From positions 22,249-86,248 of the IMG/VR virus record IMGVR_UViG_3300031576_000022: DNA of 64,000 bases. One strand, given 5' to 3'. The stretch's first letter is position 1. Each line of letters begins with the position of its first letter. This stretch comes from a virus. The position numbers and the translations under genes were made by a program. This document shows positions 48,169 through 59,357 of the stretch, in pieces. The notes under the pieces were generated by a model. It made no database searches. It was not told the origin of the DNA and worked only from the letters and a program-made list of their open reading frames with translations.

Positions 48169-49708
48169 CTACTCTTTGTCATAATTATCATCCTTTGATT
48201 CACGTGAATCTTCGTACTCTCGTGCGTTACGCTCTTGGCGACGATTGGCTGATTCACTTGTCTTTTCGTAATATTCATCACGGTCGCTTAGGCGAAATTT
48301 CATATAGATTTTTGCGCGATTTTCGCCTTCTCCTGGAATATTTACAATAAATACAAGTTTGAACAAGAAAAGGTTGACGTAAAATACGATCATTTCTGAA
48401 TCGGATTTTGTTGGTTTTACGTTTCCCCAAATTACGACTTGGTGTGGATCTTGATCGTTGTTTTGGTTTGCTCCTTGTTGAGAACGCAACATCTTTTTTA
48501 GCGTATCGATTTCGCTAAGAAGCATTGTGTTTGATACTTCGGCTCCTGTTTCCCGATCGTCGTTGATAGGAATATTTGAATCTGGCATTGAATGATTACT
48601 CCTGGATTTTCTGGAAAAAGAGGTTGTGTTTTCTGAATCTGTCCAAGCTGATTCGGGCGAAAGTCCCGAGAGATTGGTTGGATTCCATGGATCGTGTGTG
48701 GATTGATGTGGCATTTTAGCTTGAATCGTTTTGATTTCAATGGGTTGGATTGGATTTTTAATGGAACATGACTTTGCTTCCTTTCCAGTTGATTTCGATT
48801 TTATTTTGCCTGAATCTTCCTTTTCTATAGTGTATGTTTCTATTTATATCGCAAATTTCAGTGTGAACTGTTACTTGGTGTTTTTTGGTTGTACAACTAT
48901 GGGTAAATTTTACATATAATATTCCAATGGAATAAAGCGCGTTCAAATCACTTATATTTATTGAATGAAAAATATTGGATTTTTTTGATTTAGATTTATT
49001 TTTGATTGATCGGTTTGACAAAGGCTTCATATTGTCCGACCTCAAGATGATCTTCAATGGATAATACGTCATCATTGAAGCATTCAGCTTCAAGTTTTGC
49101 GATCTGTTTTGGAGTTAGGTTTTGGTCGAGTTTTGAATCAATGAGGTAATCGAAGATGATTATAGCTCTCATTTTTAGTATTGTCATTTATTTTTTATTA
49201 TTTTCAGAGATCAGTATATTTAATTCTTTTCTTGTTGATGACCACAAATTGAATATATCTGAGATCTTTCCGTTATAATCTTCTAGAAGCTTACTGTAAT
49301 CCATTGTATGATCAGTATATTGGTTTTCTTGCATAATTTCTATTAGATTTTTTTCATGTATTTTTAATTTAACTTCTACCAAATGAATTTTTGCTTCGAT
49401 TTCTTTTTGAAATATTTTTCCATCGTCTGTAAGGAATGCCTGGATTTTATTGAAAGTCATGGTTTCTCCATTGTTGGTTGGCGTTAATCAAACATGATAG
49501 GTATTTAATTACGCTCCATAATGCCCCATTCAAGGTCTTCGCGTAGCGTTGCTTTACTGGTTGATCTTTTTTGATAACATACAAATATATAATAATCGTT
49601 GAATGAGGTAATTACTCCATAATCTTCTGCTATGCGAACGAAATTTATTGTTACAAAATATGTTACGCGCCGTCCGATATCTTGTTTTGTTGGATTTATC
49701 ATCAGCAA
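48169..49708 (-). other. Hypothetical genes 48169..48714, 48758..49093, 48996..49187, 49188..49460, 49505..49708
   Basis: Packed - strand ORFs with no recognised family. Confidence 0.45.
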
Positions 49709-49861
49709 TTAGATCCTCCACGAAATTCCGGTGATCTTTGTGTAGTTTTTTTCATGGATACTGCTTCAATTTCGTCGGCAAGATTTTCTAGTTCGTGCCA
49801 TTTTAGTAGAAGTTTTTGTTGTTCCCTCCTGATTTGATTGGTAGTTTGTTTATTCATTAGA

Positions 49862-49937
49862 TACTCCGTGTCGGATTCGAACCGACGATTTTTTCAGTGA
49901 AAATGAAATGTCCTGGGCCTGACTAGACGAACGGGGC
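49862..49937 (-). tRNA. tRNA-Glu (TTC)
   Basis: GCCCCGT..GTCTAG..GG..AGGAC, TTTCA-TTTTCAC-TGAAA, GTCGG-TTCGAAT-CCGAC; one acceptor mismatch; no CCA. Confidence 0.85.
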
Positions 49938-49942
49938 ATGAA

Positions 49943-50005
49943 TGGTGTGGCAATCTGCGGATTATGAGAAATCTGATGTTATAGACCTGACTAGACAATA
50001 TTGAT
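49943..50005 (-). pseudogene. Degenerate tRNA remnant
   Basis: D-arm-like GTCTAGTCAGGTC, CTCATAA loop and CACCA end, but no T arm. Confidence 0.4.
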
Positions 50006-50013
50006 ATGAATAT

Positions 50014-50088
50014 TGGTGGGCGCGGAAGGACTCGAACCTTCACTCTTTCCGTTATGAGCAGATTGCTTCGCCTTTAAGCTACGCGCCC
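50014..50088 (-). tRNA. tRNA with CAT anticodon (Ile2 or elongator Met)
   Basis: GGGCGCG/CGCGCCC-ACCA; CTCATAA loop; GAAGG-TTCGAGT-CCTTC. Confidence 0.88.
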
Positions 50089-50354
50089 AATACGGTGATT
50101 TATTCGTAGTATTCTCTTATTACGTGATCTTCTAATGATTTCTTTACTATATCATCTATTCCGTTTTGATTTATATATGCGCTGATTTTTCCCATTTATT
50201 GCAATTCTTGAGTAAATCTATTTCTCATTGTAATTACCTTTTCCGTTTATTTCCAGTGATTTTTAAAAATCGATTTTTGTTAATCGAAAAATCCGAGTTT
50301 AATATTTCTGGAGGTTTAGGCCCTGGAAATCGATGTGGAAGAAATCGTTTTATT

Positions 50355-50570
50355 TCAGTCAACCGCTGGTTCATTTTCTGAAACATATCCGATGATGTTC
50401 ATTAAGTCAAGTGCTTTAGTTATTGCGCGACGTTCGATAGTGTCGCCCCATTGATTTCTGAATCCGACTATGGCTAGTGATTCTAATACTCGCGGGAATC
50501 CTGCGGCGATTACATATGGTTCATTGAATATTTTCTTGCCAAGATCCATGATTTGATTTCTTAGTGTCAT
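50355..50570 (-). CDS. Hypothetical protein
   Basis: Packed - strand ORF. Confidence 0.45.
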   Translation of the reverse strand: MTLRNQIMDLGKKIFNEPYVIAAGFPRVLESLAIVGFRNQWGDTIERRAITKALDLMNIIGYVSENEPAVD

Positions 50571-50572
50571 GA

Positions 50573-51019
50573 TTAATTGAATCCTTCGATAAAGTCGATC
50601 ATTTCTTGGTTGCTACTGAGGAATCCACCAGAAAATAGTTCGATACCAATTTTGATAAATTGGTGATCTCGTGTTTCATTGTGTTTTGATAAGTCGGAGA
50701 TCATAGATCCAAATGCGCCAAGGAGATTGCCATGATTTGCATAGGGGATTGCGCGGGATTTGCACCAGGCGAGGTGCGCCATACGTGTCTGTTGATTTAG
50801 CGTAGGAGGTTCTAGTGGTGGATTGTTTCGATCTGGATCATCGATTGAGAATTGTGAAAGATCGGTAATATCTTCTAGATTTCCGATCCTTTTGATATAA
50901 TCAAATCCTCCATCAACTGCGACAGATCGACATTTACACCAAATAAAATCATATCGGTGTAATGATGTAATAATGTCTTTGCATTTATTGCACTGGATTC
51001 GATTATAGATGATTGCCAT
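50573..51019 (-). CDS. Zinc-ribbon phage protein
   Basis: NRIQCNKCKDII.S.HRYDF.WCKC..VAVDGG..Y; GGAG RBS. Confidence 0.7.
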   Translation of the reverse strand: MAIIYNRIQCNKCKDIITSLHRYDFIWCKCRSVAVDGGFDYIKRIGNLEDITDLSQFSIDDPDRNNPPLEPPTLNQQTRMAHLAWCKSRAIPYANHGNLLGAFGSMISDLSKHNETRDHQFIKIGIELFSGGFLSSNQEMIDFIEGFN

Positions 51020-51024
51020 TTCTG

Positions 51025-51372
51025 TTACTCCGCGAGCCTCATTTGGTAATCGTGACAGTAAACCGTGTATTCCTTATATTCAAATTTAACGTAGTAAATA
51101 GTTTCACGCCCATTGCTTGACGAATTGATAACGGTTCCTATTTTGTCTTTTAATCCAATATCGAATGTGGCAGGATTGACCAGTGTTACCTTGTCATTGT
51201 GGTTAAACTGGTTCGCTGATAGTTCGTGTCGTTCAGGGAATCTGCATGGAGGGTCGTAGTATGGAAGTCTGCAATAATCACAAAGATTGTCCGCGTGGCA
51301 TTTTTAGCGGCGACGAAGTTCTGTTGTAAGTTCATCGAATGAGTATTCGTCAAGGTCGCGTGGATATGTCAT
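51025..51372 (-). pseudogene. Gene interrupted by one in-frame TAA (codon 23)
   Basis: MTYPRDLDEYSFDELTTELRRR*KCHADNLCDYCRLPYYDPPCRFPERH...YCHDYQMRLAE; fills the gap between neighbours. Confidence 0.65.
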
Positions 51373-51491
51373 GGATTTATACTCTACTATTCTTGTTGAT
51401 GTTTTGCCTATGCATTATTGTTATTCATATTTTATGGATTTCTCGACTAGATCGATCTTGTTTGTATCTAACTAGCATGGATGAGTATCCT

Positions 51492-51992
51492 TTAGGATTG
51501 CCCCCAGTCTGATGTTCTATCTGGAGGTCTTCCAGTATCCTTGCATCCGTCATGTCCATGCGGCTTGTCTGGATGTTTTTCGCATACAAAATCTGTTTCC
51601 CAGATTTTACCAGCAATAGTACGACGCTGCTCTAATGTTTTATGTACATCACATGGATTGTCATATGGGCAGCAATCGGTAATTCCGATTCTTTTGCCAG
51701 TTTCATCGTATACTACTTTCAGCCAAACATGATTTCCATCGTGATTGATGACGTGATCGTTTTCTTTCCAGCGTAGATTGTCTAATTCATCTTTGGCATT
51801 GAAACTATTCTCAATATTTTCTAGATTAGTTTCAAGACGATCGATATGTTTTATGTTATGTTTTATGCACAAAAATGTGTTCCACCATGTTCCGGCTGGA
51901 TTACTGCATCCAGGCTCGATGCATCGTTTACCTGTATGATAGTAATCGCTATTACCTGGATGGGACAGGTCGCGATATGCGCGTTCTTGCAT
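51492..51992 (-). CDS. Cys/His-rich hypothetical protein
   Basis: CIEPGC..PAGT.W..LCIKHN; GITDCC...PC..H; VCEKHPD.P..H. Confidence 0.6.
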   Translation of the reverse strand: MQERAYRDLSHPGNSDYYHTGKRCIEPGCSNPAGTWWNTFLCIKHNIKHIDRLETNLENIENSFNAKDELDNLRWKENDHVINHDGNHVWLKVVYDETGKRIGITDCCPYDNPCDVHKTLEQRRTIAGKIWETDFVCEKHPDKPHGHDGCKDTGRPPDRTSDWGQS

Positions 51993-52543
51993 TTGATTGT
52001 CCTTTAGGATTGCAGGCCAGTAAGGTAAATCGTATTAGTATTCCATGTGAATTTAATTTCATCGTTTAGTAGGTATGTGCCATTGCGCGTAGTAACACTA
52101 TTATCTACTCTTGTTACGATAATGAGTGGGAATCTGCGGCTGATAATGAGTGGGAATCTGTTGCTGACAGTATTGCACCTGTATCTCCTATACTTATATT
52201 TAATGACGATTGATTTGATACCATAAGATTTGGCTGTCTCTATGTCGCCAAATTTGATTCTGATTTTCTTGGTAGGCATTTCAATATTGCCTCTGTTAGA
52301 GTGATGTTAGCACAGATTTACAGATATCCCTTAATCTATCAAATTCGTAGCATGGAGCTACGAAATACGTGTAGCCATCTGTGTCAATTTTATCGCCCAT
52401 CCTTTCTCTGCCCGTTTCGTCACCACCGAACGCAAATCGCGAAAACCTGCTACCGGCGGACACCTAACGGTCCTCCACGATTGTGCACCACGGACACCGC
52501 AGGGCCGCGCCGCCCTGCATCGTCACCGTCATGTTTTGGCTGC

Positions 52544-54028
52544 TCATCGTTCTACCCTCCTTTTTAGTAATCTTGCGATCGATGTCGCAAGTAATTCAGA
52601 CATATCTCTACTGAAGTCTGTTGCACCGCTGGCATGATGACAGCACTCTTCAACCGCAGTAATCATCAACGATTCGTTATCGCCTCCAGCATAATCGGTA
52701 TGGTAGTAGCAAGTTTGTTTGGTCGGATCATAGTATCCGAACACGTTCTTACCGCATTCTGTTGGTTGATAAAAACATTCGCATCCAGGCTTGTTCTTAT
52801 TCTTGTGTAGATTTTCTTGTATTAGAAAATCCCATACGATATCGTGAGCCTTTTGCACGGAAATCGTTACTGGACTAAACGTGCGCCCCTTTTGGTCATT
52901 ATCGGATAGGATTGTTTTTTCTGTCTTAAGATCAAACGTGCGAGCTGCTTGTGCCCAACAATTCGGCAGGACGATCGGATTGTAGCCTTTTCCCTTAATC
53001 ATCCCTTCAATCAGGTTGTTAGCGGACTTTTCCGTGAAGATTCCGTTGTCACCAAGTATGGCATTGCTCGCTTGCTGCCAATTTTCTTTGCGTTGTTCGC
53101 TGTTGACCGCACCATCATCACCGTAATCGTACATAATGGAATCCATGCTAGATTCCCAGTATTCATTCTTCTCTCCGTTTTCGTTTGTGCCCGGGTTGCA
53201 AATATGGAATAACGCTTCTGTCAAAATATCAACAGGAGCGTTACGCAATGCTAGCGCGCAAAAGTGCTTGGCGCGGAAGTCGTCAAATGTGCGTGATTCG
53301 TTCAGTTCAGGGTCTATATTGTAGTCGAAGATGGAGTCTTTGCCATGTTGGATTTGACGGACAAGCACACCGCGACGATAGATGTTTGCGCGACCTGAAC
53401 GTCCCTGTACTTTACGTAGAATTTTTTCTCGTTTACGCAATACATCTGGATTAGAGAAATGAAGGAAGAACATTCCAATATTCCGATGAAACATAACAAT
53501 ATCGTCGGTAATGCGAATGAAAATTCGCGTTACACCTTGCTTTGCACGAACCTGATTATCTTCAACCTCACAGATGCTTACTCCGGTGAAATCTCCTGTC
53601 GCATCAATTTGACCATCGATTGCGTTAGAGATGAATTCTCGTAGGGCTAAGGCGCATGTCTTCCAATCAGTTCTTCCGTAGTCGAGAGTGAATGACATAT
53701 CCTCTGTTCGGTTTACTGTTGATCCATCTTGGAGCTTTCCTGTGAGTTTACAGCAAACCTTGTGGTGTTCGGATTCTACGCCAGTTGACGAACGAATGTT
53801 GATTGGCTTAGTAAAGAATTCGAGTTTGGTGGAACCACAAAAGATGATTGGTGGATTGCTTTGACGAAGGAGGATTCCGAGACTGTGCTTAAAACCACTA
53901 CCAAATTGGCCGATTTGTAGTGGATGGATTGAATCCTTTTTTGTCGTTGCTCCAAATAAGAGAAATAGACTGATATCTCCGACTCCAATATTTTCGATCT
54001 TAAGATAAGGCATTTTACTTTTCTCCAT
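52544..54028 (-). CDS. Circularly permuted GHKL ATPase with C-terminal zincin-like motif
   Basis: IENIGVG and IGQFGSGFK precede ALREFISNAID; C-terminal VFGYY...EECCHHASGATDFSR. Confidence 0.75.
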   Translation of the reverse strand: MEKSKMPYLKIENIGVGDISLFLLFGATTKKDSIHPLQIGQFGSGFKHSLGILLRQSNPPIIFCGSTKLEFFTKPINIRSSTGVESEHHKVCCKLTGKLQDGSTVNRTEDMSFTLDYGRTDWKTCALALREFISNAIDGQIDATGDFTGVSICEVEDNQVRAKQGVTRIFIRITDDIVMFHRNIGMFFLHFSNPDVLRKREKILRKVQGRSGRANIYRRGVLVRQIQHGKDSIFDYNIDPELNESRTFDDFRAKHFCALALRNAPVDILTEALFHICNPGTNENGEKNEYWESSMDSIMYDYGDDGAVNSEQRKENWQQASNAILGDNGIFTEKSANNLIEGMIKGKGYNPIVLPNCWAQAARTFDLKTEKTILSDNDQKGRTFSPVTISVQKAHDIVWDFLIQENLHKNKNKPGCECFYQPTECGKNVFGYYDPTKQTCYYHTDYAGGDNESLMITAVEECCHHASGATDFSRDMSELLATSIARLLKRRVER

Positions 54029-54052
54029 GAAGGATGATTGTAGAAATCCTGG

Positions 54053-54697
54053 TCACGGACGCACCTCCGGTATCGGCGTAGCTGGCACGCGGCACGACAC
54101 GAGCCAATCGTGGAGCGCGTAGAGGTCGTCCGAGGTGACGGGCGGGTCCCTCTCCGGCGCGTCGTCCGAGTGTAGCTCGCGGTCGTTCTCGGCGGCGTTG
54201 TCCGCGGACTCCGTGCAGTAGCGCTCCAGCTCGGCGCCGTCCAGGTCGCGCAGCTCGTCTAGCTCGCCAGCGGCGTCGGTCCAGTTGTAGGCCGCAAAGA
54301 GCGGTTCGGGCAGCTTCGGTAGGGTCTGCATATCAGGGACTCCTGAAGGTGTCGGTGAAGTTTCCTCTTCAAAGATGAAAGGATTAGACCTGACACCTTT
54401 CACGTATTGCGCGATTGTACAGTTATACATTAGATCGATTTCCTCAAAATCATGTACATATTTTGTTGTACTGTATTTGATTTGGATAATGTTAGGAACA
54501 AGTCCGAGACGATGAGCCGCACGAATACGATGCGTACCTTCAAGTGCAATCCATGAGTATGCGTATTGTTTTGTGTATTTGTTTCGGTAGTTGTAGTGAA
54601 CAGCTCGCAAGGTAGGACGACCAAGAAGTTTCATTTGTACGATGACATCTTCAAGGTGCTCTTTATCGTAGTGGTTATGCGGTGGGATTATGATCAT
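54053..54697 (-). CDS. ParB/Srx-like domain fused in frame to a GC-rich domain with its own RBS and ATG (54331)
   Basis: WIALEGTHRIRAAHRLG; AGGAG before ATG 54331; C-terminal part paralogous to 56867..57088. Confidence 0.65.
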   Translation of the reverse strand: MIIIPPHNHYDKEHLEDVIVQMKLLGRPTLRAVHYNYRNKYTKQYAYSWIALEGTHRIRAAHRLGLVPNIIQIKYSTTKYVHDFEEIDLMYNCTIAQYVKGVRSNPFIFEEETSPTPSGVPDMQTLPKLPEPLFAAYNWTDAAGELDELRDLDGAELERYCTESADNAAENDRELHSDDAPERDPPVTSDDLYALHDWLVSCRVPATPIPEVRP

Positions 54698-54725
54698 GGT
54701 TCGTGAAGGCCATTGCTTATAGTCC

Positions 54726-57700
54726 CTAGTCTTCGTTATGGTGTGGTTTAATCTTGATTTCGTATACCTCAATCTCGCTTTCGCGGAGTAATGGCATTGC
54801 TTTTAATAGTAAATCTTTAAGCTTATTTGGTCTTGAAAGATTGATTTCAAGTTCTTTTGCAATTTCAATCCTGAATATCCAAATATCTTTGTCCATTGTA
54901 TTCCTATTAATTGTCAAGAGTGATACGCAATGCCCACTGCGTATTTAATTTCACGAAAGGTTGCACGATACCATCTGTTGAAGCAACAACCATGAAGAAG
55001 TTCGTGAATACCGTAGATTGTTGGACACAATTGTGCTTCACTGTAATCAGGTGGTTCATTTCTTGTTAAGAAGTTTCCATCAGGATCTTCAATGAGTAGC
55101 ATGTAGTCCCAATCATCCATGCGAACATCTTGGTCCCAAAATGATTGAATTTCATCTCTGGTAATATCGTCATATCTGCTAATGTATAAAATCTTAAGTG
55201 GTTGTTTTAATGATTGGCTCATTGGTATATCCTTCTGGTTTGTATGCAATACGCATTAGGCTGACTTGTTCGTATGTGTATTTAGGTGGTCGTGCTTTTG
55301 AAAAGATTACATCGTTTGATTTGAGATATTTCATTTGAGAGATACAGGCTTGATGGGATGAATGAATGGATACAATGTCAGATTGTAAGGTAATCGCGTA
55401 TTGTTTACGCCGGATGATCTTCCCGTTTTTGTTCTTGATGACGTTTGTTGCTAATGCGATCATTACGTTCAATTTCCTCGTAAAGTTTCTCTAGATTTAT
55501 CTGTTCAAGTGCATTTAATGTAGCACCAAGTATGCCATCTGTTGCTGATAGCATATTTTTGCATTTCTCTGTGATGATAGACTGGCGAAGTTCAGGTAAA
55601 AATGAAGTCCAAAATCTTACAAGGCAGAATACTTTGACGATTTCGCTTGTTGATTTTTTGAATTCTCCGCGAACATCGAAATGGATGTTTTCGATTTTCA
55701 TTACTATTAGGATACTTCTAGTATGACTGAATCAAGATTCCTGATATCTACATTTTGATTTTCAAAATCTTGATTATGCACTAAGAGTTGAATCTTGTGG
55801 TATTCAGCGCAGATTTGCGTGATTAGGACGATTGGTGAATAATGATGCCCAAGTTCTGAGTGATTACTGTCGTAAAGAATCGCCTTAATATGTAATCCTG
55901 ATCTATTGTCTTCGAGAAATTCCTGGAATTGATCTGCAATACTCTCGATGAGTCTGATTTTATCATATGGTGATTTGCTTGGCATATTTATGTCCTATTT
56001 TAGTGTTTATTAAAGACTATCGTAGATACTTTATACCGTGCGGCCCGCAACCTTCAATTGGATTTACTGCGTAGATATTACCCCGTGGGATTCTTTTAGG
56101 TTCCGGCGCTTTCCATCCAGCGGCTTTCAGAATATCTCCTGTTGCCTTGTCGATAAAGCAAAAGACTGATCGTCCATTGTTGTGTGACTCATTGCGAATA
56201 ATCTTGACATTGCGAGTGCCATATTCAGCGGTGAATGTTGGTGGAGTGAGATTCGAGTAATTGATTCGGAAGTATTCGTTGACGAAATCTTGGTAGATTG
56301 AAAGGAACTTAGCCAGTGCTAAGTCAAAAGCTTGATCTTCTATGAGTGTTGCTATCGCAGATTTTTTACACGTATGTCCGAGTCGGATAATTTCATCGCA
56401 GTGTGGGCAACGATCGGCTTCTTCAAGAGTAAGATCTGGCATTACAATTCTCTTTCAATTGACTTGATAAAAGATTTAGCGTCTGGCTTTTCGTAGAATG
56501 CAGCAATTTCAGTGTTGCGTCTACCTGTTTCTCGGACAATATACCATCCACAGGGGAATTTATTGTATAGATTGCCGCTAGCTGGCTTGTGTGGATCTTC
56601 GTAGTTATAGAAGATTTCGTATTCTGTTTTCATTTGAAGATTTCATTGATCTGTTTATTTGCAATTCTTTCGTTATCAGCTAGCGCTACCCTTGTATCGT
56701 ACAAGATATATTCGTAATGTCTTCCACGGATCAACCACGTAATTAGCATCCTAAGCTTATGGTCATTTTTGTTTTTGAGAAAGCCGATGATTTCATCGAT
56801 GTTATAGTTGTTGTAATTGATACTGTCGAGACTTGCGTCTGATTCGATTAGCATTTGTATTGATCCTTATTTGATTGATTGAAGCCAATGATATAGACGA
56901 TATATATCATTTTCTGTTATATCAATATTATGTGAATGTGCATTTTCGCTAGCATCTTTACAGTATTGTTTCGCGCTATCTTCATTCATAGAAGAAAGTA
57001 TGTGAATTTCTCCTGCTGCATCAACCCAGTTATATGCTGAAAATAGATTAAGAGGAAGCTCCACCTTTTTTGACATTGCAATATCCATTAGTGGTCCTTG
57101 TTTGATTTCCAGTAGAACCTAAGTGAGATGGTCCAGAAGATGAACGTAAGTCGTAATTCTCGCATATGGTTGAACCCAGGCTCATTGTATGTAGAGCCTA
57201 GGCAACCACCTTTGGTTGTGAATGAGAATCCGTATTCTGGCATGTATTCTTTGATTGATTCAAATATGTACCTCATTGATTTAGTTCGATAATCAGGCAT
57301 TCAACTTTAAGTTCGTCAACTAGGCTATCTTTAACGATGAAATCTGCAATGATATTTCTACAGATAACATCAATTAGTTTTTGACCGAGAGTCGGAAGCT
57401 TTTGTACGGCGCGGCACGCTTTGAACATGCAGCGCTTTTCGAATTTAGTCATTGCTTAATGCTCCATTGCTTGAGAAAGTAGAATATGGTTGTTATTTAT
57501 TCTACCTAAAATTTTAGCCATATTGCCGGTTCGATTTTTACTGTATTAATCATGTCAATTACATCTTTCATATCACAAATATCACTTTTACAAATAACCT
57601 TGTGATCTCCGTAGCATGAGATATTAATGTGTTCATCTACGATAATAAAGACTATCTCGGCTTCATTTAGATCATCTACGCCATCTTCGTATCCACGAAC

Positions 57701-57769
57701 AACGATGCGAACATTACCAGCTTTTGCTTGAATGGTTTTCAACGTTTTGATCAATTCGCTGACTAGCAT
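54726..57769 (-). other. Array of about 12 small early-type hypothetical genes (including 56017..56442 and 56867..57088)
   Basis: Consecutive overlapping ORFs; 56017..56442 has RSVFCFIDKATGDILKAAGWKAP..RGNI, a common phage pattern. Confidence 0.55.
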
Positions 57770-57887
57770 GATTTTTTGCCCTCACCCCTCACACCTCGTT
57801 TTGCTTCGCAAAACATTCGGAGCCTTCTTTCCCTACTGGGCTACTCCGTGGGATCTTTTGTCGGCCTTGTTTTTAGTATAAAAGTGA

Positions 57888-57960
57888 TGCCGATTACAGG
57901 GCTTGAACCTGTAACATCCAGCTTACAGGGCTGGCGCTCTGCCAATTGAGCTAAATCGGC
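57888..57960 (-). tRNA. tRNA-Thr (TGT) with atypical C33
   Basis: GCCGATT/AATCGGC, GCTC-AATTGGCA-GAGC, CCAGC-CCTGTAA-GCTGG, ACAGG-TTCAAGC-CCTGT. Confidence 0.88.
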
Positions 57961-58053
57961 TTTTGTATGTCATTGTGATGAGTTTTGTGGTATAATTGTG
58001 GGAAGATATTCTAGAATGGTTCGTTATAATAATGGTCAATCTTATTGATTGTT

Positions 58054-58742
58054 TTATCCGCTTGCTAGCTTAATCCCATCGCGAATTGCTTTTTGTGTAG
58101 CTGCATTCCACTTATACAATCGCGCATCCATATTCAGGTTTGCAAGGGCGCATGACGTATCTGGATTTGAAGTTAATGTTATCAGGAAGTTTTCAACTGC
58201 AATTTTCTTGACTTTCGCTCGCGAAGCGAGCTTGTCAATTTCGACCATCGTCAGTTCGCGCATTACTAGAGTCCTCCGATTGTTCCGTAATTGTATTGTT
58301 CAATACATTTGCTAACTAACGATATCGTCAATGATTTGCAATTACTTTTTGTGCTAATCGTATCTCTAGCCCAGTATCCTACTGTCCTGTCTAAATTATC
58401 TCCTGTAGCAAAGAAAAGTTCAAACGATCCGTCGTCAAGAATTTGCAGTTTGACATCAATAGCAAATCCTGGAGCTAGCAGATTCCTGTATGCCAATAGT
58501 TGTTGATGAATCCCATTGTTATCGATATTCAATTGGTTGTTCATTTTCCTCCAGTCTGGAAAGGTAAGCCGTCTTGGATAGTCTGGAAAGGTAAGCTGTC
58601 TTGGATGGTGCTTAATATTGATCCTAACACATTCAAGTTCTTTGATAAGCCAATTCATATATGCTTTACTAAATTCATCCTTTTCGGATTTAGGTATGAT
58701 TTTCTGATGATCCGTTGATTCTACGTTTTTGTCTGGAATCAT
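58054..58742 (-). other. Two hypothetical genes (58054..58263, 58266..58742)
   Basis: GGAGG RBS before 58263; short internal repeat PR.LTFPD twice in the second. Confidence 0.5.
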
Positions 58743-58826
58743 AGCGATTTTTCCGCTTCTGATTTTCCTGGACTTTTAGTCCTCGAAAACGATCGTATCA
58801 AAATCGTTTTGGAAGTCAAATACAGC

Positions 58827-59357
58827 TTAACTGTAACCATCACCGTAACCGTCACCGGAACCGGAACCGTAACCGGAACCGTAACCGTCACCGGAACCGT
58901 AACCGTCACCGTAACCGTAACCGGAACCGTAACCGGAACCGGAACCGTAACCGGAACCGTAACCGTAACCGTCACCGTAACCGTAACCGGAACCGTAACC
59001 GGAACCGGAACCGTAACCGGAACCGTAACCATCACCGGAACCGGAACCGTCATCGTAACCGTAACCGTCACCGTAACCGTAACCGGAACCGTAACCGGAA
59101 CCGTAACCGGAACCGGAACCGTAACCGGAACCGTAACCGGAACCGTAACCGGAACCGTAACCGGAACCGTAACCGGAACCGGAACCGTAACCGGAACCGT
59201 AACCGGAACCGGAACCGGTTCCGGTTGGTAATACATACGAGCTTCTTAAGATTTTCGAACTACATTTTTTCCCTATTTCCTCAAGGAAATCCGCTCTTAC
59301 TAATCTTGCATTTTTACCTTTAATTTTCAATAATAGCTTATATGTATCTCTTACCAC
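58827..59357 (-). CDS. Gly/Tyr/Ser-rich (GYGSG) repeat protein
   Basis: About 130 residues of G-X dipeptides after a basic N-terminus; coupled to 59351..59611. Confidence 0.75.
   Translation of the reverse strand: MVRDTYKLLLKIKGKNARLVRADFLEEIGKKCSSKILRSSYVLPTGTGSGSGYGSGYGSGSGYGSGYGSGYGSGYGSGYGSGSGYGSGYGSGYGYGDGYGYDDGSGSGDGYGSGYGSGSGYGSGYGYGDGYGYGSGYGSGSGYGSGYGYGDGYGSGDGYGSGYGSGSGDGYGDGYS
58833..59225. repeat. Hexamer-based tandem repeat (GTAACC/GGAACC/GTCACC)
   Basis: Directly visible; coding repeat. Confidence 0.95.

Noticed and set aside
58739-59236. TVTGT and VPVT repeat ORFs as ice-binding (TxT) or mucin-like proteins
   Set aside because: They are alternative frames of the GYGSG repeat; the GYGSG frame is coupled to the upstream gene and matches local gene direction.
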